30,985 bases of DNA, taken from contig JAEVZE010000118.1 of NCBI GenBank assembly GCA_023392395.1, positions 1 through 30,985 on the forward strand. Direction: 5' to 3'. The notes beneath the pieces were generated by a model. That model did no database searches and had not been told where the DNA came from. It was given only the letters and a program-made list of their open reading frames with translations. The position numbers and the translations under genes were made by a program. Positions 8,192 to 17,179 of this stretch are shown one piece after another (within the stretch, counting starts at the first letter, position 1; each line of letters begins with the position of its first letter). The DNA comes from Bacillota bacterium. Lineage in GTDB: Bacteria > Bacillota > Clostridia > Christensenellales > Aristaeellaceae.

Positions 8192-11100
8192 TCAAAATCT
8201 GGAAAGGGAAACCGGCACGTTCTGATGGCTGCGCAGGACCTTCTCGATGTCCTCCGCCGGCATGGGCTTGAAGAAATAGTAGCCCTGCACTTCGTCGCAC
8301 ATCTTGCTTCGCAAAAAGTCCAGCTGCGTGTTGTTCTCGACGCCCTCCGCCACCAACTTCAAATTGAGGTTCTGGGCCAGTCCGATGATGACCATCGCGA
8401 TGGCCTGGTCCTTGGCGCTCTTGTCGATGCCGTGCACGAACTGAATGTCCATCTTCAGCCGGTCAACGGGCAGCGTCTTCAGCCGGTTCAGCGAGGAATA
8501 CTCGATGCCGAAGTCGTCAATGGAGATGCTAACGCCCAGGCGTTTCAGGTCGCCCAGCACGCGGATAATGTAATCCGGCTCACGAGCCGTGGTGCTTTCG
8601 GTAATCTCCAGCTCCACCTGCTGGGGATCAATGCCGGTTGCGGCGATGATGTGCTCCACTTGGCGCACCAGGCCCGGATTTCGCAGCTGCACCACCGACA
8701 GGTTGGCCGCGACGCGTAAGTTGCCCAGGCCCATTCGCTTCCAGGCCGCAGTCTGCCGGCAGGCGGTCTCCAAAACCCACGCGCCGATGGAGTTGATCAG
8801 GCCCGTCTGCTCCGCGATGGAGATGAATTCCATCGGCGGGATCAGGCCGTAGTCCGGGTGGAACCAGCGGAGCAGCGCCTCAATCCCGGTGATCTTCTCC
8901 GTCTTCAGATCGATCTGCGGCTGGTAGTACACCGTCATTTCGCCCCGCTCCAGAGCCCGGTACAGGTGGTTGGTAAGGTTCACCCGGTACTGCACCAGCT
9001 CCTTCATGCTGCCAGAGCAAAACGCATACTGGTTCTTGCCCTTGTCCTTGGCCATGTACATGGCGATGTCCGCGTGCTTGATGAGGGCCTGCGCGTCCTC
9101 CCCATCCGCGGGAAACACCGAGATGCCGGCGCTGGCGGTGGTAAAGACCTCCTGACCTTTGAGCAAGGTTGGCTTTTTAAAGACATCCATGATCTTGTCC
9201 GCGACCAGGATGACGTCCTCAAGGTCCTGTAGGTCGCTCAAAAGGATCAGGAACTCATCGCCGCCGAAGCGGGCGATGGTGTCTGTCTTCCGGAGCACTG
9301 CGGACAGCTTCTGGCTGATCGCCTGGATCAGCATGTCCCCGCCCTCGTGGCCCATCGTATCGTTAATGGATTTGAAGAAGTCCAGATCCAGAAACAGGAT
9401 GGCCAGCAGCTTGTCGTTCCGGCGCGCCAGATGGATGGCCTGTTCCGCCCGGTCGTGAAACAGCTGCCGGTTGGGCAGGTGGGTCAGGGCGTCGTAGTAG
9501 GCCATAAACTTGATGTGCATTTCGGAACTCAGCTTTTCCAGCGCGTCCGAGACAATGCGGGAGATGACGGGCAGGGTGCCGAGCTGGTCCCTGGTCCAGT
9601 CCGGGCCGTCCGCGGGGTTTTCGATGTGGAAGAAGGCGACCGGGGTTTCCCGCTTGAGGACCGGGATAAAGATCCAACGCCCGCGCCGGTCCCCGCCGGA
9701 TTGGCCCGCCACCGCTTCGTGCTCACAAGGCGCGTTCGGTCCTTCCGCCCGGTGTTCCCTTTGGGATTCCTCCCAACGCGCGATGCACAGGCTGCGCCGG
9801 TCCGGCGTCACCTCGGAGCCGTCCGCGCAATAGGATTGCATGCCCAGCAGATCGCAGAATTCGTTGTCCGCGATGCTCACCAGTTCCGCCTTCGCAGAGA
9901 AATAGTCCGTCAATTCCGAGAGCAGGCCGCGCATCATGCCCGCGGCATTCTCCCTGTCCGCCAATGAAAAACCGGACACGATGCCGCTGAGCAGTGCCTG
10001 CGTCCTGGCCTGCGCCGCGTTGCCCTTGAGGCGGCGCACGTAGACCCGGTGTACGAAATAGGCCGTGACCAAGATGAACACCAGCATGATCGTGCGGCTG
10101 GCGTAGGTACGGTAGTCCAGCGTGATGGTCAGCCTGGGCGCGACGCTGCCCAGGTAGATCTGGCTGAACAGCAGTGACACAGACGACGAGATCAGCATCA
10201 CGTCCGAATTGAACACGAGCGCGAAGATGGTGATCACCAGCGGAAACGACCATACCGCCAACCCGCCGGTCTGAAGTACGCTGATCGTGTGGATGGGTAT
10301 GATCGCCATGCTGGCAAAGAGGATGAGCCCCTCCAGTCGCGCAAGGCCTCTCGGGCTTCGCCGCGAAAAAAAGACCGCGCAGCCCGCCGCCGCCAGCAGC
10401 GTGCTGGTAAAGGCGATGAGCTCCAGCCTGTCCAGCCGCCACCAGAAGAACTCCAGCGCGAACAGCGTGATGCCCGCCAGGACCAGACCGACTGAAGCAA
10501 GCCGGAAGACCGCGGCGCGGAGGTTGTCGTCCAGCGCAGGCGTAGACCTGTCTGGATTCGGCGACTTCATGAAGCGATGATATCGGATGCAATACGAGAC
10601 TGCAAGGAGGGGGATGGCAAAGAAAATCGGAGCCAGCTCCGGAAACGGCAGGTGGAAGCACTGCCCGCCAAGCGTATCGGTCAGGGTACCCAGGATGAAG
10701 GCCGTCATGGAGGCGGCCAACAGGATGTTGGCCTGCTTTGTAACTTCCGGCTTATTCGCCACGCGCTTCCATCGCCAGATCACAAGCAAGCTCGCAAGCA
10801 CCGCACCGATGTAATAGACATGGAAGAATGCGTCAAACCACGTCAAGCCGGTCGCCCGCATCCATCCCCGCTCTGTACTTTCAAAATCGTAAATCGCGCC
10901 GGTGATCCCAGGCGAGAGCGAAAAGGCAAACACGCTGACCGCGGCCGGCAGGTACAGCACCGGATAGATCCATTTTTTATGGAAGCATTTCGGCGGATCC
11001 GTCGAAATGAGCGCGAAATGCAGCAGCGCACTGTAGATGACCCCGTGCCCTAGGGCCGCGACCCTGGTCCAGAATACGCTCGTCGCCTCGTCTGGCGCGA

Positions 11101-11269
11101 CGACGACGATCGATCTGCCCAGTGCCCACAGCGTCAGGCAGAGGCTGATGACCAGAAAGAGCCGGTTGGCCGTCCCGCGGGGGTGAAGCCTGAGCACGTA
11201 AAAGCCCATCACCGGGCCCACGGAGGCCAGGATCAAATACAAGGTGGAAAAGACCATCAATCTTGGCAT
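8192..11269 (-). CDS. Membrane diguanylate cyclase/phosphodiesterase (HisKA_7TM-like N-terminus, extra TM region, GGDEF, EAL)
   Basis: AYYDALTHLPNR, RKTD I-site five residues before GGDEF, EALLRW, ELEITE, DDFGIEYSS, AEGVE, QGY. Confidence 0.93.
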   Translation of the reverse strand: MPRLMVFSTLYLILASVGPVMGFYVLRLHPRGTANRLFLVISLCLTLWALGRSIVVVAPDEATSVFWTRVAALGHGVIYSALLHFALISTDPPKCFHKKWIYPVLYLPAAVSVFAFSLSPGITGAIYDFESTERGWMRATGLTWFDAFFHVYYIGAVLASLLVIWRWKRVANKPEVTKQANILLAASMTAFILGTLTDTLGGQCFHLPFPELAPIFFAIPLLAVSYCIRYHRFMKSPNPDRSTPALDDNLRAAVFRLASVGLVLAGITLFALEFFWWRLDRLELIAFTSTLLAAAGCAVFFSRRSPRGLARLEGLILFASMAIIPIHTISVLQTGGLAVWSFPLVITIFALVFNSDVMLISSSVSLLFSQIYLGSVAPRLTITLDYRTYASRTIMLVFILVTAYFVHRVYVRRLKGNAAQARTQALLSGIVSGFSLADRENAAGMMRGLLSELTDYFSAKAELVSIADNEFCDLLGMQSYCADGSEVTPDRRSLCIARWEESQREHRAEGPNAPCEHEAVAGQSGGDRRGRWIFIPVLKRETPVAFFHIENPADGPDWTRDQLGTLPVISRIVSDALEKLSSEMHIKFMAYYDALTHLPNRQLFHDRAEQAIHLARRNDKLLAILFLDLDFFKSINDTMGHEGGDMLIQAISQKLSAVLRKTDTIARFGGDEFLILLSDLQDLEDVILVADKIMDVFKKPTLLKGQEVFTTASAGISVFPADGEDAQALIKHADIAMYMAKDKGKNQYAFCSGSMKELVQYRVNLTNHLYRALERGEMTVYYQPQIDLKTEKITGIEALLRWFHPDYGLIPPMEFISIAEQTGLINSIGAWVLETACRQTAAWKRMGLGNLRVAANLSVVQLRNPGLVRQVEHIIAATGIDPQQVELEITESTTAREPDYIIRVLGDLKRLGVSISIDDFGIEYSSLNRLKTLPVDRLKMDIQFVHGIDKSAKDQAIAMVIIGLAQNLNLKLVAEGVENNTQLDFLRSKMCDEVQGYYFFKPMPAEDIEKVLRSHQNVPVSLSRF

Positions 11270-11331
11270 TCGTTTCCCGCTCTCCGCCGCTTTTTACGCA
11301 ACGCCGTCGCATGCGTATCCCTTATTGATTA

Positions 11332-11359
11332 TATATCGGTAATCGTTGATCGTAATGAA
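11332..11359 (-). promoter_or_regulatory. Possible sigma-28 (SigD/FliA) promoter of the GGDEF-EAL gene
   Basis: Minus strand TTCA-16 bp-CCGATATA; good -10, weak -35. Confidence 0.4.
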
Positions 11360-11412
11360 GCGGCTCCGCTCGATTTCCACGGAGGACGGCCGCCCGGCAG
11401 CCCGCGCCCGGA

Positions 11413-12012
11413 TCAAACCACTGCCTGGTTCATGCGGATGAGCTTCCAGATCCCCGTACCATCTTTGTACTCGAGCTCCAGAACTGCGCACATGTCCACC
11501 CGGAACAGGTGCCTCATGTACACCGGCATGCCCAGCACGTGGCACGCCAGGAGGCGGATGTACCCCTCATGGCACACCGCAAGCGCATCCCGGCCATCCT
11601 GAATCAGGTGATCGAGAAAAGACGCCTGCCGGGCCTTGACCTCCTCGCCGGTCTCGCCCTCCGGAAAGCGCACGTCCGCCTCGTGGGCGTGAAAGTCCGT
11701 CCAAAACGCCGGGAACATCTCCGCGATCTCCTCGTCGGTCATGGAGTCGAGGATGCCATTGTCGATCTCGTTGAGCCGCTCGTCCCGCAGCACCTCAAGG
11801 CCTTTTCTGTCCGCGACGCACTGCGCGGTCTGCCCGGCTCTTAAGTACATACTGGCATAAACCGCGCTGATCTCCCGCGCGGCAAAGTACTCGCCCAGCG
11901 CCCTGGCCTTTGTGAGGCCCTCTTCCGTCAGCGGCTCGTCCTGATGGCGCAATTGCGGGTTGTAATGCCCGCCCCGGATCTTGTCCCCGTGCCTGGCAAA
12001 GTAGATGCGCAT
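11413..12012 (-). CDS. Histidine phosphatase (phosphoglycerate mutase-like) family protein
   Basis: N-terminal RHG, SMYLRAGQTA, RLNEI, VCHEG. Confidence 0.9.
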   Translation of the reverse strand: MRIYFARHGDKIRGGHYNPQLRHQDEPLTEEGLTKARALGEYFAAREISAVYASMYLRAGQTAQCVADRKGLEVLRDERLNEIDNGILDSMTDEEIAEMFPAFWTDFHAHEADVRFPEGETGEEVKARQASFLDHLIQDGRDALAVCHEGYIRLLACHVLGMPVYMRHLFRVDMCAVLELEYKDGTGIWKLIRMNQAVV

Positions 12013-12053
12013 CCCCCGGTTCCCTCCCGCTTGGGAGATCCTCTCCCCCGTCG

Positions 12054-12114
12054 ATTATAGCAAAGCCGCACCCCGCAGGCAAGCATTGCCAACCGGCGGT
12101 TTTTCCTGTATGAT
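12054..12114. promoter_or_regulatory. Back-to-back divergent sigma-A promoters (phosphatase / tfoX-like)
   Basis: Minus TTGCCT-17-TATAAT (12082-12054); plus TTGCCA-17-TATGAT (12086-12114). Confidence 0.6.
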
Positions 12115-12164
12115 GATTACATCCCGGATGCGTTAGGCGCAAAGGACGGTAAGGGGGAAATCCC

Positions 12165-12494
12165 ATGGCGACCTCGCAGGAATACGTGGAATTCGTCTGC
12201 GATCAGATTCGCGGAACAGGCCTGGTACGCTACCGGAAGATGTTCGGCGAGTACATGGTGTACGTCAACGACAAGCCGATCCTCCTGGTGTGCGACAACG
12301 CGGTATTCGTCAAACCCGTGGAGGCGGTGCGGGAAGCGTTGAGGAACGCCGAAAAGGCTTCTCCCTACCAAGGCGCGAAGGAGCACTATGTGCTGGACAT
12401 CGACGACCGGGAGAAGATCCGGGCGGTCGTGGAAATCCTCGAGCGCATAACGCCGCTGCCCAAGCCAAAGAAGCCAAAGACGTGCAAAGCCTGA
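12165..12494 (+). CDS. TfoX/Sxy N-terminal domain protein
   Basis: YRKMFGEYMVY...LVCDN...PYQGAK pattern. Confidence 0.85.
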   Translation: MATSQEYVEFVCDQIRGTGLVRYRKMFGEYMVYVNDKPILLVCDNAVFVKPVEAVREALRNAEKASPYQGAKEHYVLDIDDREKIRAVVEILERITPLPKPKKPKTCKA

Positions 12495-12557
12495 GCGAAG
12501 GCGGCTTCCCAACTCTAAGGACGCGCCAACGCCCAGAAAATTTACCATTTACTCGGA

Positions 12558-12586
12558 TTGACTTCCCCTCCACGCGCTGCTAGTAT
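12558..12586 (+). promoter_or_regulatory. Sigma-A promoter of the methyltransferase-GNAT pair
   Basis: TTGACT-17 bp-TAGTAT with extended -10 TG. Confidence 0.55.
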
Positions 12587-12615
12587 AGATGAAATTATTC
12601 ACTTTGGAGGCGCGT

Positions 12616-13428
12616 ATGAAGGAATCCATTCAAACCGTCCGGACGTACTACGACGAAAACGCGCAAAAGGAATGGGAGCGGCTTTCCGAGCACCCGTTTG
12701 AACTCATTCTCACGACCCACATGATGGAGAAGTACGTAAGGCCCGGCGACTCGGTGCTGGACATCGGCGGCGGGCCGGGGCGGTATTCTCTCCACTTCGC
12801 GTCGATGGGCTGTGCGGTGACGCTGGTGGACCTGTCCCCCGCCAACGTGGCGCTGGCGCAGGAGAAGGCCAGGCAGCAGGGCTTCTCCATCCGGGCAATG
12901 GCGGCCAACTGCCTGGATCTGGACGAACTGGACCTGGGCCAGTATGACCACGTATTCCTGATGGGCCCATTGTACCACCTAATCCATGAAGAGGACCGCG
13001 CGGAGGCGGTGCGGCTGGCGCTGACCCGCCTGAAACCGGGCGGAGTGTTCTATTGCTCGTTCATCCTGGACTTCGCCGCGGTCATCTACGATCTCAAAAA
13101 CGGCCCCGGCATGCTATCCAAGGACCTTCAGGACCCCGCCACGTGCAGGCTGATCGACTGCATCGAGTCCGGCGCGTGCTATGAAGGCCCGGCGTTCACC
13201 ACCGCGTGCCTGTACAATCAGAAGCAGATCGAGCCATTTCTGACTCCCTTCGGCCTTACAAAACTTTCGCTGTTCGGGCAGGAGGGCATCCTGGCCCCCA
13301 ACGAAAAGCAGATTCTCAGCTACCCCGAGGAGGAGCAGGCGCTGTGGATTGAGACGGCGAAGCGGTTCCTGGAACTACCGGAACTGCTCGCCTACTCCGA
13401 ACACGCCATGTACATCGGACGAAAGTGA
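12616..13428 (+). CDS. Class I SAM-dependent methyltransferase
   Basis: ATG after GGAGG; VLDIGGGPGRY motif I, VDLS, MGPLYHL, LKPGG. Confidence 0.92.
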   Translation: MKESIQTVRTYYDENAQKEWERLSEHPFELILTTHMMEKYVRPGDSVLDIGGGPGRYSLHFASMGCAVTLVDLSPANVALAQEKARQQGFSIRAMAANCLDLDELDLGQYDHVFLMGPLYHLIHEEDRAEAVRLALTRLKPGGVFYCSFILDFAAVIYDLKNGPGMLSKDLQDPATCRLIDCIESGACYEGPAFTTACLYNQKQIEPFLTPFGLTKLSLFGQEGILAPNEKQILSYPEEEQALWIETAKRFLELPELLAYSEHAMYIGRK

Positions 13429-13435
13429 GGACATC

Positions 13436-14326
13436 ATGAAGCGCATCGTAAATAGCCGGGAGTATACCTTCCGCGACAAGGTCAGGGACGATGAAGCCGC
13501 CCTGCCCGGCTTTCTTGATCTGGCCAAGGAAGTGTTCGGACTGGACTTTACTCCCTGGCGCGCGGACGGCTGGTGGGGTGGGGACTACATCCCCCATGTA
13601 CTGATGGACGACGAAAAGGTCGCCGCCAACGTATCGGTGAACATCATCCGCGCCCGCTGGCAGGGCGTGGAGAAGCGGTTTATCCAGATCGGCACCGTCA
13701 TGACCGACCCGGCCTGCCGGGGTCAGGGCCTTGCGCGCCATCTGATGGAGGAGGTTCTGGCCCGGTATGCGGGAAATAGCGACGGCATGTACCTGTACGC
13801 CAACGATTCGGTGCTGGACTTTTACCCGAAGTTCGGCTTCGTCCACGCGCAGGAGTACCAGTACAGCCTGCCGGTCAAAAGCTCCGGTTTACCCGTCCGG
13901 AAGCTGGACATGGACGCTCCCCGTGACCGGGCGAAGCTGATCGAGGCGTATCTGACGCGCTCCAACCCGTATTCCGCGCTGCCGGTTCTGGGAAACACGG
14001 GGCTGTTGATGTTTTACTGCGGGCGGTTCCTGAAGGATTGCGTCTATGAGATCCCCGACTTGGGCGCGGTGGCCGTTGCCAAGCGCGACGGAGACTGGAT
14101 GCTTTGCTACTCCGTGTTCGGCGGCAACGCGACGCTTCCAGAGGTGCTGAACGCGCTGGCGGAGGATGCCACCAGGACAGCGGCGCTGGGCTTCACGCCG
14201 CTGGACGCTGCGGACTTCACGGTGGAAGCGCGACGTGAAGAGAATACCACGCTGTTCGCAACCGGCGAACTGCTCTCCCTGCTCTCGGAAAACAAGATCA
14301 TGTTCCCGCTGCTGTCCCACGCATAA
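13436..14326 (+). CDS. GNAT family N-acetyltransferase
   Basis: IGTVMTDPACRGQGLA acetyl-CoA motif A; FYPKFGF. Confidence 0.9.
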   Translation: MKRIVNSREYTFRDKVRDDEAALPGFLDLAKEVFGLDFTPWRADGWWGGDYIPHVLMDDEKVAANVSVNIIRARWQGVEKRFIQIGTVMTDPACRGQGLARHLMEEVLARYAGNSDGMYLYANDSVLDFYPKFGFVHAQEYQYSLPVKSSGLPVRKLDMDAPRDRAKLIEAYLTRSNPYSALPVLGNTGLLMFYCGRFLKDCVYEIPDLGAVAVAKRDGDWMLCYSVFGGNATLPEVLNALAEDATRTAALGFTPLDAADFTVEARREENTTLFATGELLSLLSENKIMFPLLSHA

Positions 14327-14327
14327 A

Positions 14328-14372
14328 GAAGCAGCGCCGGGGTAGGCGTATTTAACCACCCGGCGCTGCTTC
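14328..14372. terminator. Strong hairpin between convergent GNAT genes (likely terminator)
   Basis: Perfect 14-bp stem GAAGCAGCGCCGGG / CCCGGCGCTGCTTC. Confidence 0.65.
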
Positions 14373-14376
14373 AAAT

Positions 14377-14542
14377 CATATCCGGCGACCTGCGCGCCGG
14401 ATATGCGTTTCCTCCACCAGTGCGCACGCTGGCGGAGGAAACATTCCCGCATGTCAGCGGGCCGCCCGGAAAATCCGCAGATTTTCAGGCCCGCGCAGTT
14501 CATCCCCACTGCGCTGAAAGACCCGGTGGGGATTTCAGCGCA
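14377..14542 (+). ncRNA. Four-hairpin structured element, copy A (candidate ncRNA or structured repeat; strand tentative)
   Basis: Homologous to 19022-19186 with compensatory changes in the stems and an identical ACCTGCG loop. Confidence 0.65.
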
Positions 14543-15077
14543 ATTTCAGCGTCATCACCCGCCGCCTGAGTCCGGCGTTCTTGACGAACGCAAACCCGGC
14601 CCGCTCGAACATGCTCCGTTGGCCCATGTGGCGGTAGCTGGGCGAATCGCGCTCCACCGGGTATCCTTCGAGATACTGTGCGCCGTTCTCCCGCGCGTAG
14701 TCGATGGCCCCGTCGATCAGCGCGCGGGTCAACCCCTGCCCCCTTCGGTCCTTGGGCACGAAAAAGCAGGTGACCGACCACACGCCCTCGAGGGAGTCGT
14801 CACCCTTCAGGTTCCGGAAGCTCTCCCTGGGCCCGACGGAGCACCATGCGAACGGCGCGCCGCCCTGGTAGGCCAATATGCCCACCGGCACACTGTCCAT
14901 AATCCGCTGGCGCATGTAGGCCTTCCGGCTGGCGGTGTCGTTTTGCCTTAACTCCTCCTTCGTCAGCCGCCATTCCATGCACCAGCAGTAGCGCAGAATG
15001 CTGTAAGACGAGAAGAAGGCCTCGAAGTCCGGCCAGTTGTCCCGGGTGACCGGCCGGCAGACGCACTCCGCTTCCAT
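14535..15077 (-). CDS. GNAT family N-acetyltransferase (CWC-motif type)
   Basis: ATG after GGAGGGG; CWCMEWR, CFFVPKDRRGQGL, EGYP, FERAGF. Confidence 0.88.
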   Translation of the reverse strand: MEAECVCRPVTRDNWPDFEAFFSSYSILRYCWCMEWRLTKEELRQNDTASRKAYMRQRIMDSVPVGILAYQGGAPFAWCSVGPRESFRNLKGDDSLEGVWSVTCFFVPKDRRGQGLTRALIDGAIDYARENGAQYLEGYPVERDSPSYRHMGQRSMFERAGFAFVKNAGLRRRVMTLKLR

Positions 15078-15262
15078 GAAATCCCCTCCGTCCGCGTTGT
15101 ATGGCTTTATTGTACAAAACGCGCGCCGATTGTCAACGGCGCGCCGGAAATTCATAGACCTCTTCATCGTCCCCGGCCTAGGAGGCGAGAATTTTCAGGG
15201 CCTATGGAAAAAACGGGCTGTCTGTGGTATCATGGGCCAGACTTACAGGGGGAGAAACAACG

Positions 15263-15724
15263 ATGGAAATGAAAATCCTGGAAGGGTACGGCCGCCCGGA
15301 CGACATTCGCACTCTATTTCGCGAGTACGCCTCGCCCCTGAGCGTGGATTTGTGCTTTCAGCATTTTGAAGAGGAACTCAAAAACCTGCCGGGCCGCTAC
15401 GCAAGGCCCGAGGGCAGGCTGTACCTGATGCTGGTTGATGGCGAGATTGCGGGCTGCATCGCGCTGCGCAAACTGGACGACGCGCGCTGCGAAATGAAGC
15501 GACTGTATGTGCGGCCCGCCTTCCGCGCGCTGGGGCTGGGCAGGACGCTGGCCGAACGGGTGATTCAGGATGCCCAAACGTTAGGGTATCGCCAGATGCT
15601 GTTGGATACGCTCTTCACCATGTCCGACGCGCAGGCGCTGTACGAAAGGCTGGGGTTTTCCGACGTCCCGCCTTATTACGACAACCCCGTCCCCGGTGCG
15701 CGCTACATGGGTCTGACGCTGTGA
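15263..15724 (+). CDS. GNAT family N-acetyltransferase
   Basis: ATG after GGGGGAG; CEMKRLYVRPAFRALGLG, LYERLGF. Confidence 0.92.
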   Translation: MEMKILEGYGRPDDIRTLFREYASPLSVDLCFQHFEEELKNLPGRYARPEGRLYLMLVDGEIAGCIALRKLDDARCEMKRLYVRPAFRALGLGRTLAERVIQDAQTLGYRQMLLDTLFTMSDAQALYERLGFSDVPPYYDNPVPGARYMGLTL

Positions 15725-15764
15725 CGCGCGGCCCCGCGGTTTGCCAGGCCGGGACGCGGCGCGC

Positions 15765-16544
15765 TCAGAGGCCTAGAAGACGCTCGGCGTTTTCATGCAG
15801 GATCAGTTCCATCTCAGAGGCCGGCAGGGCCAGTTTGTAAAGATACTCAAGCTCCGCGCCGGGGTCCCACATCGGGTAGTCGCTGCCGAACAGCACCCGC
15901 TGCGCGCCGTAGCCGCGGATCAGCTTGAACGCCGCTTGGGGCGCCATCGCGTAGAAGCTGCTGGAGCAGTCCACGTAGAGGTTCCGGCCCTTGAGCGCTT
16001 CCAGCGCCTCTTCCCACACGCTCCAGCCGCCAAAGTGCGCGCCGATCACCGTCAGCTTCGGAAAGGCGTCCAGCACGCGGTTCAGGCGGCCCGGGTTGGA
16101 GTAGTCAAAGCGGTTGTCGCCGGTGTGGGCCAGCAGGGGCACTTTGCCCGCGATCAGATCATAGAGCCTGAACAGCCTGGGATCGTCCAGCGCCACCTTC
16201 TGCATGTCGGAGTGGATCTTGACGCCCTTGAGGCCCATGGCCAGCGCGCGCTCGATTTCGCCCTCCAGATCCTCCTGATCGGGATGGATGGTGGCAAAGC
16301 CGTATACGCCCGGATTTTCCCGGCAGAGTCCGGCAATAAAGCCGTTGATGGCGGCTGTCTGGTTGGGCGTGGTCGCCACCGAATGGACGACGTACCGGTC
16401 CACGCCCGCGGCCTTGCCGATGGCAAGCAGCGTCGAAAGCGTGCCGTCAAACTGGGTGGGGATATCGTAAAACTTGCCGATGTTGTCGCTGGCCTTCTGC
16501 GCGATGCCGTCCGGAAAGACGTGCGTGTGAAAGTCGAAGATCAT
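15765..16544 (-). CDS. Amidohydrolase_2 family metal-dependent hydrolase
   Basis: DFHTH, GVKIH, AHTG, AHFGG, LFGSDYP. Confidence 0.92.
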   Translation of the reverse strand: MIFDFHTHVFPDGIAQKASDNIGKFYDIPTQFDGTLSTLLAIGKAAGVDRYVVHSVATTPNQTAAINGFIAGLCRENPGVYGFATIHPDQEDLEGEIERALAMGLKGVKIHSDMQKVALDDPRLFRLYDLIAGKVPLLAHTGDNRFDYSNPGRLNRVLDAFPKLTVIGAHFGGWSVWEEALEALKGRNLYVDCSSSFYAMAPQAAFKLIRGYGAQRVLFGSDYPMWDPGAELEYLYKLALPASEMELILHENAERLLGL

Positions 16545-16568
16545 ACCGTTCCCCCGTTTCGCGTGTAT

Positions 16569-16597
16569 AGTATACCGCCGCTCTCCGAAGGGTTCAA
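16569..16597 (-). promoter_or_regulatory. Sigma-A promoter of the amidohydrolase gene
   Basis: Minus strand TTGAAC-17 bp-TATACT. Confidence 0.6.
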
Positions 16598-16650
16598 TGT
16601 TAATTGGGTTGCATTTTGGGTAGAATTGTGATGGCGCGGCCGGATTCCAT

Positions 16651-16679
16651 TTGACGATCCCCGCGGCGGCCTATATAAT
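16651..16679 (+). promoter_or_regulatory. Sigma-A promoter of the DUF3842 operon
   Basis: TTGACG-17 bp-TATAAT. Confidence 0.75.
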
Positions 16680-16750
16680 GGGTAAGAATCCGGGAAACCC
16701 CATCGAAGCAGAACGCACGAAAGACTAGTAATGAAAATCGAGGTGCGTAA

Positions 16751-17179
16751 ATGAAAATCGTCGTGATTGACGGCGCGGGCGGCGGCGTGGGCCGGGCGCT
16801 GGTAGAAGGACTCAAAAAGAGGCTGCCGGGCGCGGAGGTGATCGCCGTCGGCCTGAACGCGCTGGCCACCGCGGCGATGCTGCGCGCCGGGGCGGATGCC
16901 GCTGCCACCGGAGAAAACCCTGTCAAGGTGGTCTGCCGGGACGCGGACATCATCATGGGGCCTATCGGCATCGCCTTTCAGGACGCGATGCTGGGCGAAG
17001 TGACTCCCGCTTGCGCGCAGGCCATCGCGCTGAGCCCGGCGGTCAAGGTGCTTGTGCCCATCGGCCGCTGCGGCGTCAAGATCGCGGGGACGGTCGGCCT
17101 GACGCTGTCCAGCGCCATCGAGGACGCGGTGGCGCAGGTGATTGTGCTGGACGCGGAAAGAGCCGGAGGACCGGCGTGA
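16751..17179 (+). CDS. DUF3842 family protein
   Basis: IVVIDGAGGGVG, NALATAAMLRAGA, ATGEN, DAMLGEVTP pattern. Confidence 0.85.
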   Translation: MKIVVIDGAGGGVGRALVEGLKKRLPGAEVIAVGLNALATAAMLRAGADAAATGENPVKVVCRDADIIMGPIGIAFQDAMLGEVTPACAQAIALSPAVKVLVPIGRCGVKIAGTVGLTLSSAIEDAVAQVIVLDAERAGGPA

